DNA of 63,956 nucleotides, filler included, from Octopus bimaculoides (GCF_001194135.2; 9 parts of 7 records of this genome joined end to end with filler, not necessarily neighbours in it); one strand, 5' to 3'. Counted from the whole stretch's first letter, positions 23,519 through 37,409 are shown. The notes: generated by a model from the letters alone, not told the origin. Numbers and translations are program-made.

Positions 23519-24317
23519 NNNNNNNNNNNNNNNNNNNNNNNNNNNNNNNNNNNNNNNNNNNNNNNNNNNNNNNNNNNNNNNNNNNNNNNNNNNNNNNNNN
23601 NNNNNNNNNNNNNNNNNNNNNNNNNNNNNNNNNNNNNNNNNNNNNNNNNNNNNNNNNNNNNNNNNNNNNNNNNNNNNNNNNNNNNNNNNNNNNNNNNNNN
23701 NNNNNNNNNNNNNNNNNNNNNNNNNNNNNNNNNNNNNNNNNNNNNNNNNNNNNNNNNNNNNNNNNNNNNNNNNNNNNNNNNNNNNNNNNNNNNNNNNNNN
23801 NNNNNNNNNNNNNNNNNNNNNNNNNNNNNNNNNNNNNNNNNNNNNNNNNNNNNNNNNNNNNNNNNNNNNNNNNNNNNNNNNNNNNNNNNNNNNNNNNNNN
23901 NNNNNNNNNNNNNNNNNNNNNNNNNNNNNNNNNNNNNNNNNNNNNNNNNNNNNNNNNNNNNNNNNNNNNNNNNNNNNNNNNNNNNNNNNNNNNNNNNNNN
24001 NNNNNNNNNNNNNNNNNNNNNNNNNNNNNNNNNNNNNNNNNNNNNNNNNNNNNNNNNNNNNNNNNNNNNNNNNNNNNNNNNNNNNNNNNNNNNNNNNNNN
24101 NNNNNNNNNNNNNNNNNNNNNNNNNNNNNNNNNNNTTTAGAGTGTGGAATGGATACTTAGATCAAAATCACCGCGAAAGTTGGTGATGAAGATGATGATG
24201 TCGGTGGTGGTGATTATGATGATGATGATGATGATAGTGATGATAACGACGACGACGTAGGTGATTTCTTCGTTTTGGCTCGCGGATGTTGAAAGAAGAA
24301 TAAGCGGAATGCATTTG

Positions 24318-24357
<40 letters not shown>

Positions 24358-24669
24358 CACACACACACACGCACACTCTGTTTGTCTGTCTGTCTGTCTC
24401 TCACTCACCTACAAACCTACATCCATAAACACATATATACACATCAAGAAAGCGAAGAAAGGCTAAGGAGAGAATAATGGCATCGGGTAGTATGTATGTA
24501 TGTATGTATGTATGTATGTATGTATGTATGGATGGATGGATGGATGTATGTATATACATACGTATACGTATGTAAATATATACATATATATATATGTCTA
24601 TCAATAAAAAAAATATATGTATGTGTGAGTTTATATATATTTATATATATATATACATATTATACGTGC

Positions 24670-24719
<50 letters not shown>

Positions 24720-24831
24720 TATACGAGTATGTATATATATATACACACAGGTATATGTATATGTATATATGTATTAATATTTCAAAGTACATACATTTAT
24801 ATATATATATATATATATANNNNNNNNNNAA

Positions 24832-24864
<33 letters not shown>

Positions 24865-25355
24865 GTAAATGCGCGTGTGCGTGCATGTTTGGGAGTCTGA
24901 GCTTATATACGAATGTACATAAGATATAAAAAATTATATATGCGTTTATAAACCCGCATATACATACACTTAAGTACCTATGTATTAGTTAACACACTTC
25001 ATGATGATGCACTAACTGTAGCAACAACAGCAATAACAATATTAACAATATGAATAATATCAAGAATTATAATAATTTATTCATGTATATACGAGTTAAG
25101 AGAAATAAAATAATGACCTACAATTGAAAAAGAAAACAGTTAAATCAAAACGAAATGAAGTCAATATATATAGATTTTTATAGATACATGAAACATACTT
25201 CCATCAATAAGATATAAGAAACAGATTGAAAAAAAGAAAGAGAACCAGAATTACCATATACCTATGTATGCTAAGAAAAATGTCAATAATATTTGAATAT
25301 TTAAATATTTAAAGATATTTGTTGACTCAAACTGACATGCAGACATAGATCAATG

Positions 25356-25392
<37 letters not shown>

Positions 25393-26022
25393 NNNNNNNN
25401 NNNNNNNNNNNNNNNNNNNNNNNNNNNNNNNNNNNNNNNNNNNNNNNNNNNNNNNNNNNNNNNNNNNNNNNNNNNNNNNNNNNNNNNNNNNNNNNNNNNN
25501 NNNNNNNNNNNNNNNNNNNNNNNNNNNNNNNNNNNNNNNNNNNNNNNNNNNNNNNNNNNNNNNNNNNNNNNNNNNNNNNNNNNNNNNNNNNNNNNNNNNN
25601 NNNNNNNNNNNNNNNNNNNNNNNNNNNNNNNNNNNNNNNNNNNNNNNNNNNNNNNNNNNNNNNNNNNNNNNNNNNNNNNNNNNNNNNNNNNNATATATAA
25701 ATATATATATACACACATACATGCATACGCACATATATATATACACATATATATGTATATATATATAATTATATAATTATATATTTTTGTATATGTGTAT
25801 ATGTGCACACACAAACACACACACATACATATATAGTTGGAAAGTTGAAACTGTTATTACTTATATAATTTCCTTCTGTTAAAGAATTTGTGAGTTTTCA
25901 GAATATAAAAACAAACTTTATTTCTAAAGTTATAAGTCTAAGAAATTAGATCCTCTTTCTTCGAAAATGTGAAAAAAACCAACCAAGTTATAAACATATA
26001 GAAACGCAAGAATTACTACATC

Positions 26023-26149
<127 letters not shown>

Positions 26150-26203
26150 GTCTGTCTATATTATACACAAACACAAGGGCACGCACACATACATACAAAC
26201 ATC

Positions 26204-26246
<43 letters not shown>

Positions 26247-26284
26247 CGATAGATACATATATACATACATACACACATACATAC

Positions 26285-26690
26285 ATATCTAAGCGCAGGA
26301 GCGGCTGTGTGGTAAGAAATTTGCTTCCCAACCACATTATTCCGTGTTCAGCCCAACTGCGTGGCACTTTGGGCAAGTGTCTTCTGCTATAGCCTCGGGC
26401 CGACCAAAACCTTGTGAGTGGATTTGGTAGACAAACTGAAATAAGCCCGTCGTATACATATTTACATGGATATGTTTATGTGTCTGTATTCCCCACTCCA
26501 CGAACCATCACTTGACAACCGATGTCGGTGTGTTTACGGCCCCGTAATTTAGATAGAATAAGTACTAGACTTACACAGTACTAGGCTTACACAGAATAAA
26601 TCCTGGGGTCGATTTGTTGGACTAAAGGCGCTACTCTAGCATGGCTGCAGTCAAGCAAGTGAAACAAGTAAAAGAGTAAAAGAATATATA
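26285..26690 (+). mobile_element. Full-length SINE B/D
   Basis: GCAGGAGCGGCTGTGTGGTAAG head through GAAACAAGTAAAAGAGTAAAAGA tail. Confidence 0.92.
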
Positions 26691-26701
26691 TATGTAAATG
26701 C

Positions 26702-26732
<31 letters not shown>

Positions 26733-27949
26733 NNNNNNNNNNNNNNNNNNNNNNNNNNNNNNNNNNNNNNNNNNNNNNNNNNNNNNNNNNNNNNNNNNNN
26801 NNNNNNNNNNNNNNNNNNNNNNNNNNNNNNNNNNNNNNNNNNNNNNNNNNNNNNNNNNNNNNNNNNNNNNNNNNNNNNNNNNNNNNNNNNNNNNNNNNNN
26901 NNNNNNNNNNNNNNNNNNNNNNNNNNNNNNNNNNNNNNNNNNNNNNNNNNNNNNNNNNNNNNNNNNNNNNNNNNNNNNNNNNNNNNNNNNNNNNNNNNNN
27001 NNNNNNNNNNNNNNNNNNNNNNNNNNNNNNNNNNNNNNNNNNNNNNNNNNNNNNNNNNNNNNNNNNNNNNNNNNNNNNNNNNNNNNNNNNNNNNNNNNNN
27101 NNNNNNNNNNNNNNTATATATATATATATATATGAATATTCATATATACATATATGCACAAATATATGCACAAATATGCACATATGCTTACATATGTATT
27201 CACATATTCACAAGTATCCATATATAAGCATGCAAAGATGCAAATACACATACTGATGCAAACACACATCCACACATTTCATGGAATATATGTGTGTGCG
27301 TGTTGGTCTGTGAGATTGCAGAATTTTAGCCTATTCATCTTTTGCGTTAAAATTGTATCAATGCCACGTTGTTTAATATTATTCTGAGGTAGATATACAC
27401 GGTGGCGCTGCATAAATTCGCCACAGTCCAACTACGAGCACCAGAATTAAGAATAGTGATAATATTACAGCACAATGTACAGAAAAATTGAACGTGTACT
27501 GAATGCCAAAAACTGAATGTTTGGTTATGTTCTTGACGTTCTGAGTTGAAGTTCAACTTTACATTTTCTCACCTTAATCTAAATAAATTATCAGTCGAGT
27601 GTTGAGGGCGAAATAAATCAACTGTTTGTAGCCCTGCACCTAATATCGACATCAGTGACCATTCAATCATTGTTTATCGATCTCTATCAGTTAGCGGCCT
27701 GTTGTTGCCTACTTTGCGATGCCATAAAACCTGCAATTGATGAAGCTAAAAAATGCAGAAATCCGGATTCAGCAATGCTACCGCCGCTACTAAACGATTT
27801 TCACCTGCTGCTGATACATTTCTGTGTCTTTTAGCACTATACATCTATAAGAAAAGCATTTTCGAGACGAATACTACAGTTTATAAGGCTTTCAGAAGTA
27901 AACATTTTCCAAGTATGGTGGCCGGATTGTTTATAGGAGCTCAAAAGAC

Positions 27950-28607
27950 GTAGCTCAAGGCCGAATAGAGGTGGGAAGTAATAAAATCGCATAAGTAAAG
28001 GAGTACGTCTTCTGAGGGCATACAGTGAATATGCTCTGAAATATGGATGCTAAAATCTCAAAGAGAACAAGGGCAGGATGGAAGGCATTTAACCATTTAA
28101 CTCAATAAAGAATGTTCTCAAAACAAAGCTAGACAATACCATGTGTGCCAGACACTTCAATGGCACCGTCCTACCTGCGCTCTTATAGGCAAGTGAGACG
28201 TTGGCTATTACGAAGAGGATAGAACATCGATTGGCTACAATGCAACGGCCAAGGACAGATCCATGTTAGGAATATCACTAAGAGAACACATTTGAAATGA
28301 GATAATTTGAGAAAGGAGCGGAGAAAACGGTGTGATTGTAGAGTAACGAAAGCACAAGTTCCGCTCGGCCGGATATATCGCAAGGTTTACAGACAACAGG
28401 TGGACCTGCGCATTTGCTGAGAGGTTTCCAAGAGATCGAAAAGGACACCTGGAAGGCTTGCAAGACGAAGGGAAACCAAGTTAGTTAAGCAATTTCTGTC
28501 AGGATGGGAACAAAATGGCGCAATCAGTACAGAATTGGAAGTGCATTGTGACCAGTAGAGCATAAGAGCATCTGACGATATAGTCGATAATGTGTTACTG
28601 TGATATT

Positions 28608-28610
<3 letters not shown>
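27950..28610 (+). mobile_element. Decayed RTE-clade LINE 3' end (third subfamily)
   Basis: IEVGSNKIA*VKEYVF*GH..ISKRTRAGWKAF..VLPALL*ASETLA..GISLREHI..AGYIARFTDNRWT..FPRD, then 3' UTR GCATTGTGACCAG..CATCTGA. Confidence 0.8.
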
Positions 28611-28648
<38 letters not shown>

Positions 28649-28742
28649 GGGAGAAGTTAGGAAAAAAAACCAACAACAGACGAGGACAGATGGTGTAAAC
28701 AACAAAAGGATGTATTAGTTTAACGCTCGGGAATAGAGAAAG

Positions 28743-28779
28743 TCTTTAACGTTTCGAGCTACGCTCTTCAACAGAAAGA
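28743..28779 (-). ncRNA. Variant minimal hammerhead-like motif in repeat family G
   Basis: TCTTT CTGTTGA A GAGC GTA GCTC GAAA CGTT AAAGA. Related copies at 40981-41018 and 59062-59089. Confidence 0.4.
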
Positions 28780-28950
28780 AATAAGGAGAAAATCAAGGAA
28801 AAAAAATTTAAATGTCGTGGTCAGCGATCTATCATATATACTTACATACATGTAAGCATGTAAAAACAAGCACATATATACCCAAACACACACACACACA
28901 CTCTCTCTCTCACACACACACACACACACATACACACACATGGTTGTTTG

Positions 28951-29330
28951 CACGAGGTGCGTTTAAAAAGTAGCCGACTTGATTTTTTTTCCGCGTAGAT
29001 TAATGTTGCCAGGGCAATATTCTTTGGATGGAAGGTGACACTACCCTTCTTGCGCATGGATGAAAGTGTTCGCGAAGGTAAGCCATGACAGTTCTCGGCT
29101 GTTATGGCTAGAGTAGAGATATGTAGTGCGCACTCGTCTAATTTTCCGTTTTCACGCAAGAAGCCTGAATTGCTAATAACCAGCATCACAAGGAGAAAGA
29201 ACAGAACAGAAAAGTAAAAGAGATTGTAGATGGATTTGTGGCATTCAGAAAGAAGTCTTTTTAGCAGACAAAGCTACGGTAATCCAGTTCGAAAGAGTTT
29301 TAAAATGCAGACGAAGACAGGACAATAGTC
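28951..29330 (+). mobile_element. Probable mariner 5' end relic
   Basis: Begins (T/C)ACGAGGTGCGTTTAAAAAGTAGCCGAC, a mariner-like TIR. No matching right end was seen. Confidence 0.4.
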
Positions 29331-30499
29331 TAGCGATGTAACTTACGCACATGTACATAAATCCAAATAGACGTGCACACTCATACACCCAGGCTCAAAA
29401 TCAAACAAATCCATAGGCGCAATATTAGTATTATTGTTATTGTTTTTGCTAATAATACTGACGAAGTGTGCCGGCTGCATTGTGCTGCATAATAAACTAT
29501 ATAGAATTATGTAATTAGCGTTGCCAGTTTTCTGAAATCTGAAAAACGTGCAACTCATATGAAACATAAATACAAGTTACGTTTTCTATACGGTTCCAGA
29601 ATAACCTATCTGGATTTATAAACGTTGTTAAACCACGTCGAGGATTGGTGGAACTTATTGACCATGGCCAGACATTTTGGCAGTGTTTCGGACCTTTCAG
29701 CGCACCATTGGAACTTCTGCATATATATATATATATATATATATANNNNNNNNNNNNNNNNNNNNNNNNNNNNNNNNNNNNNNNNNNNNNNNNNNNNNNN
29801 NNNNNNNNNNNNNNNNNNNNNNNNNNNNNNNNNNNNNNNNNNNNNNNNNNNNNNNNNNNNNNNNNNNNNNNNNNNNNNNNNNNNNNNNNNNNNNNNNNNN
29901 NNNNNNNNNNNNNNNNNNNNNNTCTTAAGGGAAAAAGCCATCATTTTATTTTCCCCAAGAATATAACTATTCATTTATATTTATATAAGGACATTACTAC
30001 AGAATAATGCCACGCACTAGACTTCCCAAATAAACACATTTTTTTTTACCGAATTCGAGGAAAAGCAACTCTCTCTATATATATCCATATAAACAGATTG
30101 GGACCACCATTAACAAGAGAAAGGAATTACATGAAGCAGACTAGCTTCTATAGCAACATCAATCTGCGCAGGTCACCTTTCTCTTCCCCCCCCCCACACA
30201 CACCTGAGCGATGACTTTTCCATCCCTCGCCTTTTCCAAATGTCCTGAAGAAAGGGTTATAATTCCGATGTAGAAAATTACAAGGTAAAACTGCAACTTG
30301 TGCTTTGTTTGTTTTTACTTTTGTAGTTTACTTTGTACCTTCTCGCATTGTCCCTTACACAACAGATCTCTTTAAAGTAATACCACGCAATGCTTCAGCA
30401 AAACTACTCTATATTTACACACACTTCATATGTGTGTGTGTGTATATGCGCGCACGCGCGTATCTTTGTGGTTTTCTTGTTTCAGTCATCGCACTATAT

Positions 30500-30945
30500 A
30501 ATGTATGTATGTCATTAATCAGTTTTATTTCAAGATTTCGTGACAATAGAGAAAGGGACGGTTTCTAACCTAGATCCACGGCTTCCTCACTGGAATTTCA
30601 ACAACCTCAGCAAAATAGTTTTACATGTTTGTGTGTATATGTGCAGTATTTGGATTCAGTGCATTTGCAAGTTTGTATGACGTTTTGCGTATGTATGCTC
30701 ATGCATATAGTTGCATGTCTAGACATGCGCGTATATACTTAATTGATAAACTTCCGAAACATTTTACAGATTTTTGCAGTTCCAGTGATGGCTTGGATCT
30801 GTAAATTTCGAATCAGCTTCCTCTTTACTGGTTTTGAGAAGCCTAATTTCTCAAGATTGGTACTTAGACAATGTGCTACATATCCCAGTGCACCAATAAT
30901 AAACCTGAACTTGTAATCTGAGTAGAGTAACTGTAGATTTCTCAA
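30500..30945 (-). mobile_element. 5'-truncated RLE-type non-LTR retrotransposon (C-terminus and 3' UTR), second family
   Basis: ORF 30945-30739 FIIGALGYV..LEKLGF..LQIQAITGTAKICKMF. UTR ends AATAAAACTGATTAATGA-CATACATACAT; (ATGT)n on both sides. Confidence 0.8.
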
Positions 30946-31053
30946 TGTATGTATGTATGTATGTATGTATGTATGTATGTGTGTATGTATGTATGTATGT
31001 ATGTATGTATGTATGCATGTGTGTATGAATGTATATATGTATGCATGTATGTG

Positions 31054-31118
<65 letters not shown>

Positions 31119-31323
31119 TATATGTCTGTGCGTATGTATGAATGTGTTTGCGTATATATATTATATATGGATATATATACATATATACATATACATATGT
31201 ATATATATTTAAAATACAGTGTACATTTAACCGTACATTAGTCTATTGACTAATTTTTTCTTCTTGCTAGACCACTGGTGGTAAATAGAATTTCTAAAAT
31301 TTTTGTTGCTACCCTCAGATTTA

Positions 31324-31361
<38 letters not shown>

Positions 31362-33584
31362 NNNNNNNNNNNNNNNNNNNNNNNNNNNNNNNNNNNNNNN
31401 NNNNNNNNNNNNNNNNNNNNNNNNNNNNNNNNNNNNNNNNNNNNNNNNNNNNNNNNNNNNNNNNNNNNNNNNNNNNNNNNNNNNNNNNNNNNNNNNNNNN
31501 NNNNNNNNNNNNNNNNNNNNNNNNNNNNNNNNNNNNNNNNNNNNNNNNNNNNNNNNNNNNNNNNNNNNNNNNNNNNNNNNNNNNNNNNNNNNNNNNNNNN
31601 NNNNNNNNNNNNNNNNNNNNNNNNNNNNNNNNNNNNNNNNNNNNNNNNNNNNNNNNNNNNNNNNNNNNNNNNNNNNNNNNNNNNNNNNNNNNNNNNNNNN
31701 NNNNNNNNNNNNNNNNNNNNNNNNNNNNNNNNNNNNNNNNNNNNNNNNNNNNNNNNNNNNNNNNNNNNNNNNNNNNNNNNNNNNNNNNNNNNNNNNNNNN
31801 NNNNNNNNNNNNNNNNNNNNNNNNNNNNNNNNNNNNNNNNNNNNNNNNNNNNNNNNNNNNNNNNNNNNNNNNNNNNNNNNNNNNNNNNNNNNNNNNNNNN
31901 NNNNNNNNNNNNNNNNNNNNNNNNNNNNNNNNNNNNNNNNNNNNNNNNNNNNNNNNNNNNNNNNNNNNNNNNNNNNNNNNNNNNNNNNNNNNNNNNNNNN
32001 NNNNNNNNNNNNNNNNNNNNNNNNNNNNNNNNNNNNNNNNNNNNNNNNNNNNNNNNNATATATATACGTATGCAAATATATGATACATGTGTATGTATGA
32101 ATGTGTGTGTATATATGTATGAGTGTATGTATGTATGAATACTTGTATGTATGTATTGCATGTACGTATATAGATATATAGTCAGTTTAAGGATATAGTG
32201 TCCTCTTTAGGGATTATAAATTCCAGAATTCTAGAGATCAATTTGTGTTATCAATGACATATTGGGAGAATTCTCTCAATATATAGCGATAAACAGTCTA
32301 ATATACATTTATTACTATAAAAAATAGAGAACAAATATATATTCTGGATGCTTATTTCATTTGTATCACAATCAGAACAGCAAATAGTTTAATACAAATA
32401 AAATTTAGATGAACATACATTAACATAGAATAAGTGCCTACACATGTTTCACTCTGGTCACTATGTGAACAGTGCTTCTGAGGGTTCGAACCATGTTAAG
32501 AGTTTTAGATGTAAAAATTAACTACAAAGTGACCAGATATCTTCAGAGCAGTCTCCTGCAAAAGGCTAATCTTTACATATTTTTTTACAAGATTTCAAGT
32601 TGGTAAGATGGATGAGGACCACATATTCATATGCTAAATATCTACGTAAAGTTAACTGAGGACACTGAGGGAGTAATAGGGGGTGGTATTAGCTAATCAA
32701 AACTTTCTAGAAAGCTATTAGGCATTTGAAGAATAGACCTTTATGTGTTTTGAGGGACATTATGCAATCATTTAGGAGAATATATAGACAGTAAGGGGAT
32801 GTGAGGGACATTATGTAATTAGGGTAAGATATTGTGAAGACGTTAAGTAAAAAGATTGAATTAAAAAGAAGAGATAAGAAATAGGGAGAGATAAGAGAAA
32901 ATAAAAAAGTAAGAATATAGAGAGAAATAAATTTGCTTGGGGAAAGAAAGAATAAAATTGTAGTTAATTGAAAGAAGTTATAAAAAACAATAAATGATTA
33001 GGGATATATAATATAAAGTATATGGGAATTTTAATATTTTAATATTTAAGATTTTAATATTTAAAAGTTATGGCTAAGAAAGATTAAGCTGTATTGTATA
33101 CTTAGGTAATTCTAAAGTAGGAATCAATTAAAGGTTCACTCGCATATATATATATATANNNNNNNNNNNNNNNNNNNNNNNNNNNNNNNNNNNNNNNNNN
33201 NNNNNNNNNNNNNNNNNNNNNNNNNNNNNNNNNNNNNNNNNNNNNNNNNNNNNNNNNNNNNNNNNNNNNNNNNNNNNNNNNNNNNNNNNNNNNNNNNNNN
33301 NNNNNNNNNNNNNNNNNNNNNNNNNNNNNNNNNNNNNNNNNNNNNNNNNNNNNNNNNNNNNNNNNNNNNNNNNNNNNNNNNNNNNNNNNNNNNNNNNNNN
33401 NNNNNNNNNNNNNNNNNNNNNNNNNNNNNNNNNNNNNNNNNNNNNNNNNNNNNNNNNNNNNNNNNNNNNNNNNNNNNNNNNNNNNNNNNNNNNNNNNNNN
33501 NNNNNNNNNNNNNNNNNNNNNNNNNNNNNNNNNNNNNNNNNNNNNNNNNNNNNNNNNNNNNNNNTATATATATATATATATGTA

Positions 33585-33785
33585 TGTATGTATTTGTGTG
33601 TTTGTGTCTGTGATTGTCCCCCACCACCATCGCTTGACAACAGATGTTGGTTTACGTCCTCGTAACTTAGCGGTTCAGCAAAGAATAAGTTCAGGGGTCG
33701 ATTTCTTCGACTAAAAGGCGGTGCTCCAGCATAGCCACAGCCAAAATGACTGAAACAAGTAAAAGAATAAAAGAATAAAATACAC
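33585..33785 (+). mobile_element. SINE B/D 3' half
   Basis: CGCTTGACAAC..GTAACTTAGCGGTTC..GGGGTCGATTT..AAGGCGGTGCTCCAGCAT..GAAACAAGTAAAAGA. Confidence 0.9.
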
Positions 33786-34014
33786 ATTAGATCGGTGGTT
33801 CTGAAATGGTGCGCTACAATGGCTGTCTAGTTGCTCCGAGGAACTATAAAATTATAAGTGTTTAGAAAATCCATTCTGATGCTCGACGTTCTTGAAAAAC
33901 ATATTACTCTATGAATACTTTATAATTTGTTATATTCAAGTATAATTAACAGTTTCTCATGTAGGCGCAAGATCAGCAATATCGTACTGAGAGATGAATT
34001 AATATCAAGGACCC

Positions 34015-34783
34015 TACGTTCTGAGTTCAAATTCTGCCGAGGCCGATTTTGCCTTTCATCCTTTCGGGGTCGATAAATTAAGTACCAGTTGCATACTGAA
34101 CGATCTAATCGACTGCCCCCCCCCCCCGTCCACCCAAATTTCGAGTCTTGTGCTTAGAATTGAAAAGAATATTATCAAGGACCCTTATTTGATTGATACC
34201 TTATTTTATCGGCTCTGAAAGGGTAAGTTGACCTCAGAGGAATTTGAATGTAGGAAGTAAATATTCAAGAATATTACGTAAAGTATGTTTGTTTGACAGG
34301 CTAACGATTCTTCAGCTCGCCGCCTTATGCTCAAGTATTAATAGTTTCAAATATTGGTACAAGGCCAGCAATTTCGAGGAAGGAGCTAAGTAGATTACAT
34401 CGATCCCAGTGCTTAACTGGTACTTATTTTATCATCCCCGAAAGGATAAAAAGCAAAGTCGATCCCGGAGTTGTCTGAGTCCATAACGTAAAGTTGGAAA
34501 AAACGCCGTTAAGCATTTTTTCCTGTGCAGTAATCATTCTGCCAGCTCGCCACCTTAGCATATATGTAATTATTGGTTTCCAATTTTGGCACAATGCCAG
34601 AAATTTCAGGGGAGGGGTTAAGACGATTATATCGATCTCAGTGCTCAACTGGTACTTATTCTATCAACCCCGAAAGGATGAAGGGCAAGGTCAACCCCGG
34701 AGGTATTTAAACGTAAAGCTGGAAGAAATTCCGTTAAGAATTTTGTCTGGCGCAGTAACTATTCTGCCTGCTCGCCGCCTTAT
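34015..34783. mobile_element. Cluster of four SINE A copies (one +, three -)
   Basis: 34015-34170 (+); 34195-34325, 34345-34556 and 34572-34783 (-). Confidence 0.88.
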
Positions 34784-36734
34784 GCTCAGGTATAATTAAT
34801 AAAACAAGATAAGCTAAAGTTTTGTATATTTTTATTCTATTATTAAATTTTAAATATAGCTTTTATTGAAAAACCTTTCTTCAGTGTCAATAATTTTTTA
34901 ATTTCCGTACGAAGTGTGACATTAATTTTTCACGTTAATCTTCAGTGCATCACAAAGTTAAAAGGGACATTGCATTAAGTAGTCCTTCTTACACTTAAAA
35001 ATATAGCTTGGTCACAACTCGAAGACCTTTGATTATAGGTCTGTTCCGTCAGGTTAGACCCGGGAAAAATTGCAAAAATAACAGGAAAATTCGACAACAC
35101 TGCGTCACCCAAAATACATTTGCGCAGTTCACTTAATTCCATGAGCTTTCAGTTCAGCGAGGCATACGAAATACATATCACATGTCTTAAACTCCACCCC
35201 ACCACCCACCACAGAAAAAAAAAGCTTAGAAGATTTAATTAATTGCCTGGTTTAACATCACCACTTAGCCCATGGGTGTCTTTAGCGGAGTTGATTCTGT
35301 TGCAAGCATTCAGGTCAGCTCTCCGGTTTAAGGATAACTTTCTCTCTTTCCATTTGATTCTGAGGCCTTTGAAATATACAGAATTATGGGCAAAGACATT
35401 TTCTCCCTGGTTAAACATTAAAATGAAAATAAAATATCGCCCATGCTGTTGTGTTCGATATGATTTTGTTTTGCTGGGGTATTTTTTCTAAGTTTGTTTT
35501 CCAAAACCCATACAAACAAAAGCAGTAGTTTTTCTTGTATGGGTATTTTTACATTTGATATGAAGATTAGAGACCCTAGATCATCTCTACAAATCAGTAT
35601 TCATTTGATATATTTATCTATTGCTATATCTTTTATGTAGCTTGTTTGTTTCTTTTAAGTCATTCATTAATATAGATTGAAACCAAAATTGGTATTCCTA
35701 GTCTTCAACTTGTTTTAACTGGAATTAAGATATTTATCGGTAAAAGAAACGAATTTACGATACCATGCATGTATGTAATGTCTTTTTGACATTTATATAA
35801 TCGATTTTTTGTGGTGGAGATGGAGGCACACAGATATATGTGGATAATCCATCTGTAAATGATTGAGATTATTAACTAATTTTATGCACCACTGCATAAT
35901 GATAACATATAGTATGACTATAATATCATATAGTATAATATGATNNNNNNNNNNNNNNNNNNNNNNNNNNNNNNNNNNNNNNNNNNNNNNNNNNNNNNNN
36001 NNNNNNNNNNNNNNNNNNNNNNNNNNNNNNNNNNNNNNNNNNNNNNNNNNNNNNNNNNNNNNNNNNNNNNNNNNNNNNNNNNNNNNNNNNNNNNNNNNNN
36101 NNNNNNNNNNNNNNNNNNNNNNNNNNNNNNNNNNNNNNNNNNNNNNNNNNNNNNNNNNNNNNNTATATATTTATATATATAATATGAAATACAAATATTC
36201 AGTTCCAAAGGAGAGACTGTGCGTGCAGTTTTTTTTATTGGAATGTACCGCATTCTCATAGCTGTATGTGATATATATATATAGCCATTTTTGTGTATCA
36301 TACTAAAACTAGACGCACCTTTAGAAAGCATGATGCAGTGGGATTTGTTTGAGATAAAATCCCTTCATAGGCTAGTATTAAAAACAAAATATATATCGCG
36401 GCAAAACGAACATCCGCACCGCAATGCGTCACAAGAACAACTCAGGTATTTTCGAATTTCTTGACGCTTACCAATGCTTTGCATCGGACTGTCACCCACT
36501 TAAATACAGTTCATGCCTCAATATATAGAAAACAGTGAACACAACATTCACTAGTATTGCAGAAGCCTACCGAGCTATAGTAAAACTCTGAGTGCCGAAT
36601 TGACACAATATTAAGTTGAAATCACCGTCTATGTATCTTACTAAATGTATACACACTATCAGAAGGGATGATTCGGTTGTATTATCTCAAGTTAAATTAC
36701 TTCATAGACACTTTGCGTTAATAACACTATATGC

Positions 36735-36773
<39 letters not shown>

Positions 36774-36782
36774 TGTGTGTGT

Positions 36783-36821
<39 letters not shown>

Positions 36822-37409
36822 CATGTACGTATGTGTCGGAGCAAGAAGAAGATCATCGCTGCGGTGTCTCAATGATAACGATAGACTCGCTTCGTCTCGC
36901 AATACTAGCGAATATTGATAAATAGATGGTGATGAACTGTTGAGACTTCATTTAATGTGAAATCAATGAACATTAAGGCCCATTGACGCTTTGATGAACA
37001 CAAACTCAGTGATGACGTCATATAGATATTGAGTATTTATTCTTTTTTGTGTTTGACGAAAGAAACAGATCAAGTTATTCAAGTTATTCATATCCTACTC
37101 TTCAAGTCAATCATGATCCGTAGTCGTGCTACATGTGCTGAGAGTTAGTTATTATCCAATCCACTTCCTTGTACAAACATACATTTTATATATATATATA
37201 TATATATATNNNNNNNNNNNNNNNNNNNNNNNNNNNNNNNNNNNNNNNNNNNNNNNNNNNNNNNNNNNNNNNNNNNNNNNNNNNNNNNNNNNNNNNNNNN
37301 NNNNNNNNNNNNNNNNNNNNNNNNNNNNNNNNNNNNNNNNNNNNNNNNNNNNNNNNNNNNNNNNNNNNNNNNNNNNNNNNNNNNNNNNNNNNNNNNNNNN
37401 NNNNNNNNN

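Noticed and set aside
30555-30600. Minus-strand GTGAGGA..GAAACCGTC hammerhead-like string
   Set aside because: C3 is missing, stem I does not pair, and it lies in the 3' UTR of the RLE element.
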